Source: Sphyrna mokarran
Taxonomy: Eukaryota
Reading direction: 5' to 3'
Assembly: GCA_024679065.1 (NCBI GenBank)
Contig: JAGIQG010000011.1
Coordinates: 48,298,001 to 48,362,000 of the forward strand
Length of the DNA stretch: 64,000 bases
Below, piece after piece: positions 10,541-23,557 of this stretch. Below the pieces are notes generated by a model. The model was not told the DNA's origin. It made no database searches and saw only the letters and a program-made list of their open reading frames with translations. Within the stretch, counting starts at the first letter, position 1. Every line of letters begins with the position of its first letter. The position numbers were made by a program, and so were the translations under genes.

Positions 10541-13500
10541 TCATAATACATGGGAGGGCTATTAGGAACAAAGTAAAGGTTAGTTAAAACCAAAGAATGC
10601 AATCTAAAATGATGAAATAATAAAGAATAACTAAATGTTAGAAAGAAAATATATTGAAGGTGGATTGAGAAATGGCTGGTTAGAAAGAAGGTGGGTTAAT
10701 CACCAAAACCAGGGTCACAATGTGGGAGGGTAGCTCAATATGGACAGCAGTGGTGAGGATGTGGACTGGCTGCAGGAGACTTGATGTACAGTGCTGTAGG
10801 TAAGTGATTGCAGGCTTTAATTGCAAATGAGGGGATGTTATGTCATGCTGGCCCCAAAAGTTAATAGCAGAAAGAAGAGGACAGGAATTGGGAGCATGGG
10901 CAGGTTGTAGTCTGAAGCCCAAAGACAACATTGAGCAACACTAAGCAGAGGTAACAGCATTAAAAAAAAACTAGATATGTGTGAATGGAGTTGGTGGCAT
11001 AAATTAGCATTGAATGATGACAAATGGTCCAGACCCATGCCCCAAAATTAAACAGCTCAGCCAGCATCTAACAGTGTGCTGTGAAGGAACAAAGAAGGGG
11101 CAGTCCTAATGGAAAATAAATTTAAATGGCAGGGAGGGCTGGGAGTTAAAAATAGAGATGATCATAGCACCACCTAGCTTGGAAGTTCAGCAAGCAAGAC
11201 AGAATCAGTATTTCATCTGAATTGATTGAAGTTAAAATTAATCATGATAACAATGGCATATTGGAAAATGAGATACTCAAATAGGTTACCATGTACCATG
11301 ACATCAATGTGACTGTACAAAGGTGGTAATTACAGGTGGTATGTGGTACATAAGAGAATGTGTGCACAACTTAGGACCTTTTAACATAGAACTAGCCTAT
11401 CTCTAATAATGCTGCTCTGTAAATCGGCAAATATATTGTTACTTTTAACAATAAGAATATTATGAACAAATTGTGACAGGAAATAGGTTTCACAAAAAGT
11501 GACACTTACAGGAAGCATTCTATACAAGACTTTTAATGCCCCCCGGTGTGACGCATAGAGGTTAAGGATACTCAAGAATGTAATGTTTTAAGCACTACAG
11601 CAAAAGTCAGGAAGTAAATGTGACACTTACTCAACTATTATGCACAATACTTTTAATGCTTTGGTGCATTAAAAATACTCATTGTTTTTCCTTTCTTAAA
11701 CTTTGATCGCTCTGACTAGATATTTATGTTACAACATGAATTTTATTTACAAAACAAAATTATTTTTGCATATGTTATACAATTATAAGACCAATAAGCC
11801 AGCAAAAGCTGTCTTCAAATCAAATAATTATAATGTGACAACAATGGCAATTACTAACAAAAACATTGATAAAAGGCACATTGGCTTAAATTAAATAACG
11901 CAAATTATTAGTTCACAAGTTAATCAAACTTTTGCAATGCTGTATATTTGATCATAACTCTCAAATAAGGCATGAATACATTCGCAAAATGAAAGAAAAA
12001 TACACTTCTACTGCATATTTAAGAAGTTGTCTAATGTTCAGCCACTATTTTTGAGAAAATTTGACAAAGACAGGCAAGAAACGTGGTTTCAATTTGTATC
12101 CAATACCAGAATCATAACTTCTAACAAAGATATATCTCAGCTACATGCAGCACTAATGACTTTCATCCACTCAACCACTCAAAACCATATGTTAAAGTTT
12201 TGCCATCCGGCTTTATGTCCAGCTACAATCTCTGTCTAGAGGTATAACAAATCCGACTATTTCGTTATCAAGCTAAAAATGTTTAGTATGTGAATGCACT
12301 AGGCAGAGAATTACACACAGGCGTTATAGAAAGATTAGTTTATGGCCTTAATGAATACAAATCTTGGAGCTTCAAAGGCTCCAATATATTAAAAGGAAGT
12401 TTCAAACTTGAAATAGTTGCACCAAGCCATCACTTAACTAATTTAATTTGTATATTTTAACAGGAATTTAAAAATTATGGAACATGGCAAGAGCAGTTTT
12501 GCATCTCTAGCATACCTGCTATTTTTAACCTCTAGCAGTCTGGAGAGCAGAAGCTATGCATCCATAACCCACTGACCAGAACAGATGAAGAAAAAATACT
12601 GCCAGTGAATTGTCACACCTGGACTACCACAAAAAGTGTTAGTAAATGATGTCTTGAGGCACAAAATTAAATGTAGAATTGCTGTTATTTTTTAAGACAG
12701 AAAAATCCATTACAGCATTGGGGGTGAATGCCATTTTTAAAATATCACTGAAACATCTGGGGATAAAGTTCCCACATAATCCTGAGTTCCACTCCAAAAC
12801 ACCATACCTGGCATTGTTATGCTTGATGGAAAGAACTGAATATTATTTCAGCAACCAATGTGGCCATTTATGTAATGTATATGACATTGATTATTACTCA
12901 TAATTATGATGGTGGCATCATTGAACAGAAAGATGTATTAGCTCATACTATGATGTTTCTGCACAGGCTTGGAGAACACATTAGCATCTTATATAAAAAT
13001 AAAATAATCAAATCACTATACTTTCTTTTTTTAAAATTCTTTAATTGGATGTGAGCATCGCTGGCATGACCAGTATTTGTTGCCATCCCTAATTGTCCTT
13101 GACAAGGTGATAGTGAGTTGTCTGTTGTCTGAAAGGAAAACAGCCTCGGCTCTTGACGGCATAAAGTTAACTATCGTCTATATTGATTACAAGTAAAAGT
13201 TGTAACCCTGGATATATTTTGATGCGATCGTAGCATGTCTAAAATGTGTAGGGAAGGCGGTCCTTACGGTTCTAACAGCAGATCCTACAAGCCACACAGC
13301 TGGCGTGTGTAGAGAGCTAATATTGTACTGGGTATTCAAGATGCAGCTAGATGGCAGCTTCTAAGAGAGTTAAAACGGTGTGGCACACACTAACGATAAA
13401 GATAGTTAGGTTGAATGTATTAAACTCGAGTCATTAATGTCTTATTGTTTGAAATGCAAGTAAATGCAACCTCCAACCATTTCTCACGTGAAATTGTTTT

Positions 13501-14004
13501 CAAAATTTTAAATCAGTAAAATTTCCACAGCGCGTGATTTTACACAAGACATCAATTTGTTAAAATCCAAACGATGCAATCTGGATTTCCCAGGAAGCAC
13601 ACAAAGCGCCATTGAGCTTTCATTTCAATGCTTTCCACTGACAGCCTGGCAACTGGGTAGTGTAATTACACTAAGACATCGGTGCTGCTTTCCATTTACA
13701 GAATGGTAAAATGTTACCAATCAAAAACATGACTGTAAATAAAAGGCGACTCGTTATCTTCATCTTAGTTGTAGAAGACTTCAACCAAGACATTATTTTT
13801 ATATCATCAGAATTCCTAAAACGGTTTCATTGTTCAATGTACACAAGCATGATTCCTGTGGGCGAGTCGGCCTGACAGCGGCCACATAAACTCGTGGATT
13901 ATGATAGTAACACTCGAGATGCTGCTCCATGCAATGAACGAGAGTAAAACCACTTGGCACCCCTCACAAAGCTCTTTGCCCCCTCAATCATATCCCCTAC
14001 TAAC

Positions 14005-14071
14005 CTGTCTTGAAAAATGCTGCGATGTCACCATCGTTGACGCATTCGTCTGTCCCTTCTGCAGAATTCAT
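14005..14071 (-). CDS. KALRN: Kalirin first coding exon (exon 1B-type), MNSAEGTDECVNDGDIAAFFKT(G); gene continues off the left edge
   Basis: ATG at 14071, 22 codons +1 nt, then donor CAG|GTTAGT. Peptide resembles the mammalian Kalirin 1B N-terminus (MNPPEG...DSDVDAFFRT-G). Divergent to ROPN1 as in mammals. Confidence 0.88.
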
Positions 14072-15660
14072 CGTTGACTTCGATGCAGAAATGTTAAAAA
14101 TTACATCCACTTCTACTGCAGACTAAGCTCCATATTCGGTGCTGGGTGGCAGCTGCTGTGGTGTTTTGAGGAAGGCTGTGTTCGACCAAAAGCCTCTGTA
14201 TTTGTCCTCTATTGTTCAAAGGCGCCCTCCTCACTCCGGCAGCAGCATCACAATAGCAACAACAAAAGGCTACACATGGGCTCGGCTTAATGCATTTTCA
14301 CTAGTGTCACTACTACTTTAACTCTCCCTTCTCGAACGGGCCTTGCATTACCAATGAATAATGTGAAATTAATTCGTTTTTGGCAGTCTATTTCAACGGA
14401 ACCACAGCGTTGTTAAGTCTTCGATGGAAATGATCTTAATGACAAGAGGCCGGGAGGCAGCTACAACGTCGGGTTGTGTGCATTTTGTTTGGGGGTGTGG
14501 TGAGAAATTGGGAGAGCATGAGCATTGGCAAAAACCATGGAAGAGCCGGGGGAGTCAACAAACAGACATCGTGGGTTTTAGATAGTCAAGGGGGAGCGGG
14601 TTCTTGTTTAACAAACTCTTTGAACGGAATGATGCAAATCTCCCAAACACTGATCACTGTCGCTGTGACTTGCAAGCTTGTTTTGTACCAAGGAGTGGCC
14701 ACATTGCGCCTTCTAGCGTTTATCGATGCATTGAACCACATCCGACTCCTCAGCCCTCTGCAATATACATCGTTCCCATTTAAACGTTCAGATTAGAATA
14801 TGATCCAAATTAAATTTAGTTTATGCAAAATGGCGGGGCTTAGTCTATAACATGGTTAAAAATAATGCTAATGCTTGCTGAATTGCCCAATAAGACTATC
14901 CACAGAGTAAATCATAACTGGCATTATATACTGTGATAAAGATTACTTTTGGGACTATCCACTGATTCAAGGCATTCTGGAAGGCAAAACAATGATCTAA
15001 TTACAGTGTGAGATGTATGTCAATCAAAATAAAATGTGTTTTTTGGTATAACGATCAACGTTGAAGAAATGGTTCAAAACGAAAACCAAATCGTTGTGAA
15101 AATATAGGCTAAGTTGAAAAAAGGCATTCCCTAAAGACTCAACCCCACCTGTTGTCCCCAAATACTTCCTGTGGCCACAGCCCATCTGCTCAACAGCAGC
15201 CGTAGCAAGAATCGATTCAGTCGCCACACGGATCTCGACTTCTCCCCGAAATTACAGAAACGTCCTCATATGATACAAATAAACTGAGGGACAAAAGATC
15301 CGTCCGTGGTTATGCAGGGATTCTTTTGCTTATGCTTTGAACTAGTACAATAATAGATTTTAATTTTTTTAAACTAGATGTAAACAAGATCCTGTTGGTG
15401 ATGAAATGATTGGGATTTGATCTGGTCACAGTGCGACAGAACTTGCTGAAATGACCACACTCGGGCTGAAGGGCAAGAGCAGAACGTAGTCAAATCGTTT
15501 ATGCGGTCACTGTGTTGCTAAGAAACGGTGTAGCGCAGTAAAACGGCAATGACCCATAAGAGAGAAAAATCACTGTGATACTTGAATTATGTGTTATTAA
15601 TAAGCTGTCATTTAAAACAACGCCAGAAAAGAGTGGTCTAGACGTTGACAGGTATTGCTT
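14072..15660. promoter_or_regulatory. KALRN 5' UTR/promoter and probable ROPN1 promoter (divergent)
   Basis: No recognisable TE, visibly higher CpG density than flanks. CCAAT (~14351, ~14524 reverse), GC-box GGCGGGGC (~14831), forkhead GTAAACA (15380), X-box (15514), candidate donor ACAG|GTATTG at 15651/2. Confidence 0.6.
15514..15526. promoter_or_regulatory. RFX X-box-like site GTTGCTAAGAAAC
   Basis: Imperfect GTT...AAC palindrome typical of cilia/flagella gene promoters; fits ROPN1 biology. Confidence 0.6.
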
Positions 15661-16074
15661 ATCCACTTCATAGAAAATGGATTATCATAATATAGGTTAA
15701 AATATATTGCTTATCTTTTTTAAAATTAGTCCATCATATGTTAGTGACACAACTACAAACCGACGTATGTTCATTCAGATAAATTCAGTATTTACCCCAC
15801 TTTCAATTTTCCCTTATGTCCAGGGACAATGACTGAAACTGAAATGTGGTTGCACTAGGAATTACAATTCTTTGGTGACCATTTTCTATTTTTGAGTTTG
15901 GAGGATGGCTGTTTTGCGATTATTCAATTGGTGGGGGCATTGCTTAGCCCTATCCAGTCACCCAGATACATACTTTATAGCACTGAAGTACTAATTAGCA
16001 TTCAGGCATAGCAGCACAGGCTAATTGCTCTCCTGCAAGCAAACTCCTAATACCTCTCTGCCCAACTCAAACCT

Positions 16075-16323
16075 GGGACGGAACTCTACCATCTCAACCC
16101 GCCACAGAATCGGTGCGGGCAAGGTTCTGACAATGAAAATCTCTGTTGATCTCGAAGCCGATTCTATGGTGAGTGAGGTGGTAGAGTTCCAGCCATAAAT
16201 TCTAAGAGAGATTGTATGGCCGCGTTCGCTCCAAACTGCAAAATCCCGACTGAGGTCAATGGACCTTTACGTGGTCCATCCCTCACCCACGATGATTCCT
16301 GTGGCAGGTGGAAAATTCGCCCA
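16075..16323. repeat. Short non-autonomous DNA-transposon (MITE-like) repeat
   Basis: Imperfect inverted ends gggacggaactctacc / gtggaaaattcgccc; related pieces near 22845-22975, 40140-40266 and 57893-57963. Confidence 0.5.
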
Positions 16324-17623
16324 TGTCTTCTCAAAACTGTATCTAAATAGATTTTTATTTGCATTTTTACGTGTGTAAAATTGAAAACAAATTGGGATGA
16401 AGAAAAGCACATTGTTACAGCTTTTCTTTGTCTTGCACATTTCAAGCAAAAAATGTCAGATCCCTCAGCAAAAGAACTACAGTAGTTCACGCAGAAGAGT
16501 TGTCACCCACTTCTCAGGGCTCTTGGAAAAAGTAATAAATGCCAGAATCTTGCCAGAATCACACACATCCCAAGTCGAATCACACACATTCCAAAAACAA
16601 TGCTTTCAAAGACTCTTAGTCACACTAAATTCAACTTGGAAAATAAAAATCAAGCAGATTATATAACAGCAGTCAATCCATAAGGCTCCATTTAACATCT
16701 GACTGAAGTCGAATTTTAGCTTCACGTTTTTACAAATAATCCATGTTTAGCATTCACTATGACAATGATTCTGTTGGGTTATATTACTTGTTTAGCAGGA
16801 TTCTGTCAGAGGCAAAGGGCTAATTAATCACATAGTGGAAATTGTGAAATTTATTTGAAAAGAGATTGAGGATTTGAAAGACAGTAGGCAACATATTTGA
16901 GAATACAGACATAGTAAGAAACAGGATTCAGGAACAAAGCAATGATAGAAATCAGTGTTCGGGAGGGAAAAACAGAGGGGAGGAAAATAATTAATGTGAC
17001 GTTTTAAAATGAGAGAAAAGTATCAAATTTATTGGCTAATAAAGAGACAGCATTATAAATCAAAATTATACTATAAATATCAATTGAGAGCAGTAGAATT
17101 GTATTTTGGTTTGTTTGAAACCACATAAGCAGTATGCAAATTTCAGTAATATTACCAGATACCAGAATCAAAATAATAAGTTTTAGAAGGCTGATACAGA
17201 AGTACATCAACTAATCTGGCACAAATTCAATTCTGCATTTGGATATTCTCACTTGATTTAAGTTGCCTTGAAAAATTTTAAGCAAGAGAGTATTCTGCCA
17301 TTAATGTCTGATATAAAAGAAGAATTAAAGACTGATATCATCATAACTTTAATATAAAATAATTCTTTTGTTTAAGCCATAGGTTAACAGGACATACATA
17401 TATTTGAAAATAAGCAGCACACAACAGAGTGAAAATCTGTTGTAATCTACCACAGACTGCAAAATTTATAGAAGGTGGTTCACTGCCACCTTCTCAAGGA
17501 CAATTCAAGATATACATAAATACTGGTTACACAAAACACATCCACATCATGTGCATGAAGTAAAAAGAGACAGTTTTAACATTAGATTATATGTCTATGC
17601 TTGATTGGTAATCTGACTGATAT

Positions 17624-17990
17624 ATAGAATCATAGAATCCCTGCAGTGCAGAAAACAGCCATTTGAACCATTGAGTCTGCATTAACTCTCAGAAAGAGCA
17701 TCCTTCCCAGGCTCTCCCTCCCTCCCTCCACTCTATTCCCATAACCCTGTACATTTACCATGCTAATCAACCTGACCTACATATCTTTGGACACTTAGGG
17801 GCAATTTAGCTTTGCTAATCCACCTATGCTGCACAACTTTGGACTGTGGGAGGAAACTGGATCACCAGGAGGAGACCATATAAATATAAGGAGAATATGA
17901 AAACTGAACATGTAGTTAACCAAGGCCAGAATTGAACCCAGGTTCCTGGTGTTGTGAGACAGCACTGCTAATCACTGTGCCACCATACCA
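17624..17990 (-). mobile_element. HE1-like V-SINE (tRNA head, V domain, CR1 tail)
   Basis: Reverse strand reads tggcacagtgattagcagtgctgtctcaca..gggttcaattc (A/B boxes), ..tttcctcccacagtccaaag.., tail gggattctatgattcta. Confidence 0.88.
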
Positions 17991-17994
17991 TCCA

Positions 17995-18950
17995 AGATTG
18001 ATGGACAATCTTCTTGAAGCATAATAAATCCACAACTGCCAATGTTGTGGCTGCATCCAGTAAACATTCTCTCAGTTATCAGATCATCAAACAGAAAATT
18101 GTTATGTTCAGATTGAAAATCTGACCAGTTTGTTGAGAGAATTCTATCTCTCCAATGTAACAACAACTTATCCTTCTCCTCCTCAAGCACCCCTTTGTTT
18201 TGAGAATACCTGGCTTCCAAACTGTTTTGATGGGTTCTGAGATGGCTAAAATGGTCATCTGTAACATGCAGACCCTGCCACATGCAAAGTAGGTAGTGCT
18301 TGACAAGATGAGTACATGAGCTGTTTTGAGGTTGTGTGCTCTCTCCAATGCCTTGAATTTGTCTTTGCATGTTCCCAATGAAGTTTCTTAATGTGTTCAG
18401 TGCCTTTCTGAATGAGCCTTCTCAATTTTGCTTGGTATCAAGCCAGGATCTTCTATAAATTGGTGAGGCTATATGATTTCTTTAGGGATACTTTGTGAAT
18501 ATCCCTAAAGCATTTCTACTGGCCTCTTAGGAGTCTTCAATAGCAAATGAGTTCCAAGTACAGCAGTTGCTTTGGGGTCTGGTGTCAGGCTTAGGAGTGA
18601 CATGTCCTGTCCTGTCGAGCTGGTTTTGTGTGATTAACACCTCAATGATTGGTATGTGATCTGAGGAGAGAACGTTATTGTTGTTGGTCTGTCATTCTTG
18701 CCATCGGATTTGGAGCATTTTGTAAAGCTACCATTGATAGTACTTCTCCAGTGTTTTGAGGTGGCTGCTTTATGGTTTTCAAGCCTTAGAAACATACAGG
18801 AACATTGTGATCACTGCCACCTAATAACCCTTAACCTCAGTCTCAGGTTCGAGAACTTGTTTTTCAAATCCTCTTTGTCAAGAAGGCTCTTGTGCAGTCA
18901 GCTCCCATCCACTGCTCTTTACCCCCTCTCAATCCTCACTTCTGTTGATT
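17995..18950 (-). mobile_element. Decayed RTE-like LINE 3' fragment
   Basis: Broken C-terminal ORF-like segments with many stops. Confidence 0.45.
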
Positions 18951-19652
18951 AAATTTCCCTGATTCTAACCATGGATTCATTTTAACCCAAACTTCGAGTT
19001 AGCTATTAATTTGAATGACCTCTGTCTGATGATTCAAAACTCATTCCCTGACTTAAATGTCTGGAGTTTACTTGATCCAGATCACAGTTTATGCACTAAA
19101 TGCACTGGAATAAACAAAAGACTCTGCTTCTGTAGAGAATCTGATACATTTTTTATTTGTGACTTATGGATAAGATCCTGATAAACTTAGATTTCAAACT
19201 TGCCTTCAAATTCCTGGATTATTCTCAGTATCAGGAAGGCACTTCTGCTTTGAGCAACAACATAAGAGCCAGAGGCTATGGGTGGAGAAGGTGCTGGGCT
19301 GTCCTCGACTGAGGAATTAAGGGGTCTTGTAGGAGTAAGAGAAAGTCAGGCAGAGAGGTGGGCCTGGGAGCAGGGGTCGACTGGATGGATATTACAGCAA
19401 TAAACTGGGAGGGTGAGGGAATATTGTAGAGAGATTCTGGTAGGGGTATGGGAGATACAGGAGCAGCTGAAGGTGGGGTGTATAAGGGTGGACCCCTGCA
19501 ACCTCATGTGCATCTGCATGAGATTTGCACAAACTGTGCTGATGTTTTATAGTAGAGTCTTGTCATCAATGTTGGAATCCTCTTGCCATTGGACTATATG
19601 ATAGGCAGCATGCATTGTCACTCCACATTAAAAACATCATACATAATGAATG

Positions 19653-20915
19653 GCTTATATAGTGTTTTTATTTAATTAAACATCCCAAGGTGCCCTTTAG
19701 AAGTGTATAAAACAAAGTAAGATACCTGGACACAAAAGGAGAAATCAGGCCAGATGACCAAAAGCATGGTCAAAGAGATACATTTTAAGGAGTGTATCTT
19801 AAGGAAGAGAAGAGGTAGAGAGACGTAGAGCTATCAGAAAAGTATTTTAGAATCTGGATCCTAAGTAACTGAAGGCATGGCCCTCTTTGGTGGAATAATT
19901 AAAATTGGAGATGCAGAAGAAATCAGAATTAGATGAGCATAGATATTTCAAGAGCCTCACTCTGGCATGATTGTCTTTGCCACATTTATTGCAGAGAAAT
20001 ATAGCGGGGTGAGAAGATTCACAATTTGCTGGCCTCTGTTTTTCTGGGCCTTCTTCTCAGTCAGCTGAGCTTTTCATTTCTTCTCCTTCAAATACACTTC
20101 CAGTCAGCCTCCAGAGTTCACAGCTAGCAGCAACAGTCTCCCAGTTGTCTATGTTAGTATCTGCCATTTTCATAGTTTCCTTCTCTTGGAGGTCCTAAGA
20201 GGGACCAGTTGCCAATTTACCCTACAGACGCTGCAGGTGATAATGCTATATTGGCAGAATGTGTCAAGCAAGGGAAACTGGTGCTTATATAGTGTTTTTA
20301 TTTAATTAAACATCCCAAGGTGCCCTTTAGAAGTATATAAAAGAAAGTAAGATATCTAGATGCAAAAGGAGAAATCAGGTCAGATGACCAAAAGCATGGT
20401 CGAAGAGATAGATTTTAAGGAGTGTATCTTAAGGAAGAGAAGAGGCAGAGAGATATAGAGCTATCAGAAAAGTATTTCAGAATTTGGATCCTAAGCAACT
20501 GAAGGCATGGCCACCTTTGGTGGAATAATTAAAATTAGAGATGCAGAAGAGATCAAAATTAGAGGAGCATAAATATTTCAAGAGCCTCACTCTGGCATAA
20601 TTGTCTTTGCCACATTTATTGCAGAGAAATATAGTGGGGTGAGAAGATTCACAATTTGCTGGCCTCTGTTTCCTGGATCTTCTTCTCAGTCAACTAAGCT
20701 TTTCATTTCTTCACCTTCAAATACTCTTCCAGTCAGCCTCCAGAGTTCACAGCCAGCAGCAACTGTCTCCCAGTTGTCTGTGTTAATATCCTCCATTTTC
20801 ATAGTTTCCTTCTCTTGGAGGTCCCGGGAAGGACCAGCTGCCACTTTACCCTGCAGACGCTGCAGATGATAATGCCGTACTAGCAGAATGTGTCAAGCAA
20901 GGGAAACTAGTGCTT
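19653..20915 (+). repeat. Tandem duplication, 630 bp unit x2 (about 90% identical by eye)
   Basis: gcttatatagtgttttta at 19653 and 20283; both units end tgtcaagcaagggaaact.gtgctt. Confidence 0.95.
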
Positions 20916-21560
20916 CTGCAGTATTTACACAAACGCTTCTGCTGGAAAGAGGAAGAAAAGTCCCAGAATATGCATGATGCAAAAATTGAGACCCTACACA
21001 AGAAGAAGGATAGCAATTGCAGCTATTACTGAGGCATCTCACTATTGAGCAACATGGGAAAACTTTTGCCAGTGTTGCCCTTCTTTCACTTCAGAATCAA
21101 GCCAAATGCAAGTATCCCGAATCCCAGTGTGGTTTCAGAACTGGAAGGTCTACAATTGAAATGACCTCAGTCTAGCAGCTGCATGTGAAATGCAATTTTC
21201 TCCTATATATTATCTATACATTACCACTATGCATGCTCTTCATCAATGTTGTTAAGCCTTTCAATCATGTGAGCAGAGCTAATCTATTCAAGCTGCTGGA
21301 AAAAACTGACCGCCTATCAAAGCTGTTTAATATGAGTTTCTCTTTCCATAATAACATAATGGATATAAATCTACAGTGGGGTCAAACCACAGTACCATAA
21401 TCTTTGGGATAGTCTTCTCTTTGTTGCCATCATATGTCTTCCAATAATCTACAGAGTGTGTCCACTTACATACAAAAATTGACAGAAAGCTGTACTACCT
21501 TGCACACTGATGATCCAAGACAAATATATGGCAAGTTCTCATCAGAAAATTGCTCACAAT
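20916..21560 (+). mobile_element. Decayed RTE-like RT fragment
   Basis: Y*GISLLS, YPESQCGFRTGRSTIEM, LCMLFINVVKPFNHVSR resemble RTE RT domains. Confidence 0.65.
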
Positions 21561-21752
21561 GTTGGTTGATGTTACAGAGGTGGAAATAAGTGGTCTTAGT
21601 GATGGCACACATGAGATTGGAAGCTCATCAGGGAATCAAATAATAATATCAGGTCACAAACTGACTGGCTTACCTCAGGGAGAGGTTGGAGTTGGTAGGT
21701 AGGTAATGGAATTTGGAGCCAGATTGAAAATAATGTCTTCAAATTTGGCAAT

Positions 21753-22704
21753 ACTGTTTGTAATTTTTATAAATGATCTGGATGAGGGTATTGAGGGATG
21801 GATCAGTAAATTTGCAGATGATACTAAAGTTGGTGGTGTGGTAGATAGTGAAGAGGGGTGTTTTAGTTTACAGAGTGACTTGGACAAGTTGCAGAGCTGG
21901 GCCGAGAGGTGGCAAATGGAGTTTAATGTGGAAAAGTGTGAGGTAATGCACTTTGGCAGGAACAATAAATGTGTAGAGTATAGGGCTAATGGTAGGGCTC
22001 TTAATAGTGTTGAGGAACAGAAGGATCTTGGTGTATGTGTCAATAGATCCCTGAAAGTAGGCAGTCAAGTGGATAAAGTTGTTAAGAAGGCATATGGAGT
22101 CTTAGCTTTTATTGGTAGGGGATTGAATTTAGGAGCCGCAGCATCATGTTGCAACTGTACAAAACTCTAGTGCGGCCGCACTTGGAGTATTGTGTGCAGT
22201 TCTGGTCGCCACATTATAAGAAAGATGTGGAGGCATTGGAGAGGGTACAGAGGAGGTTTACTAGGATGTTGCCTGGTATGGAGGGCAGGTCCTATGAAGA
22301 GAGGTTGAAGGATTTGAGGTTGTTTTCGTTAGAAAGGAGGCGGCTAAGAGGGGATCTTATTGAAGCATATAAGATGATTAGAGGTTTAGATAGGGTGGAC
22401 AGTGATAGCCTTTTTCCTAGGATGGAGAAAGCTAGCACGAGGGGACACAGCTTTAAATTAAGGGGTATGAGTTATAGGACGGATATCAGAGGTAGGTTCT
22501 TTACTCAAAGAGTGATTAGGGAGTGGAATGCCCTGCCTGCAGCTGTTGTAGATGCGCCAAGTTTGGTGGCGTTTAAGAGGTTAGTGGATAAGTATATGGA
22601 TGAGAAGGGAATGGTTTAGTTAGGAGGGGCATTGCTTTTTATTTTGGTCGGCACAACATCGAAGGCCGAAGGGCCTGTTCTGTGCTGTATTGTTCTATGT
22701 TCTA
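21753..22704 (+). mobile_element. 5'-truncated CR1 LINE with short 3' UTR, one frameshift near 22120
   Basis: FINDLD..SKFADDTK..LVRPHLEYCVQFWSP; (TGTTCTA)n tail. Confidence 0.95.
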
Positions 22705-23446
22705 CTTAATTGGAGGAGATTTCTGTTCTCCAAATACTGAATGTTAGAAAGGCTCATACCTTAGCAATACTGTAGGAGCTGAGTAAGGTGGTGGTGAATT
22801 AGAGTTGGAAATTGTCAATGCACATGTGAAAACTAACACTGTAGCTGGAATCTTATTGTGTTTCACACCAGCAGGATTTTCCCATCCAGCTGCAGTGAAT
22901 GGAGATTTGGCTGGCTGCCAAATTCTCTGGCCTCGCTGCAGCGTGAATGTGGTGTGAACATAAGTAAGATCGCATCTTGTATCTTTAAGTGATGTCAATT
23001 TCAGTGGCTGAATATATAATTACTGCAGTATTCAAGGATGATAAGTTATCAGGGCTATTTTGTTTTTATTTTATGCTTTTATTATCCCTGGCATAGGAGT
23101 TGAACCTCACAAACACACACATGTTTCATGTGCACACACATATATGGTAAAGGGGGAGGGTTAGAAAAAATGGAATTTTTACAAGTATGGATAAAAACAG
23201 AAATGAATTTTAGTCCATATGATTTCTAGAGTCCAGAAAATCAAAGTCCAGATGGTGTTTCTTCTGTGGCAGAGTTTTGTCTAGATGAGTTGCTGGTTGG
23301 AGATAGCAGCTCAAAAATCCTTGCAACAAATGACAATGCAGCATGACGGGATCTCTGTGCTTCAACTGCTTGGCAGGTATTAAACAGAGGCTTTTGGAAT
23401 CAAGTAGACTTCAGGAAGTTGAGACATGATGACATATGAACAAGCA

Positions 23447-23557
23447 GACAAGGGAAGAATGTGCAGACTTCACATAGACAGTGATCCAAGCTGGCAATTG
23501 AACCTGGGTCCCTAGTGCTGTGAGGCAGCAATGCTAACCATAGTGCCACCACGCCAT
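23447..23557 (-). mobile_element. HE1-like SINE 5' part
   Basis: tRNA-derived head plus start of V domain on the minus strand. Confidence 0.8.

Noticed and set aside
1-14000. Further KALRN exons (1C MTDRFWDQW..., exon 2 SFRNDGLKAS...)
   Set aside because: Not found on the minus strand by inspection; probably beyond the window.
15024-15227. Minus-strand 67 aa ORF as an additional KALRN coding exon
   Set aside because: GTG start and no resemblance to known Kalirin N-termini. At most a non-coding exon (possible donor CAG|GTGGGG near 15149), which is unsupported.
17920-17990. tRNA genes at SINE heads (also ~23500, ~57200)
   Set aside because: These are tRNA-derived SINE heads followed by a V domain, not cloverleaf genes.
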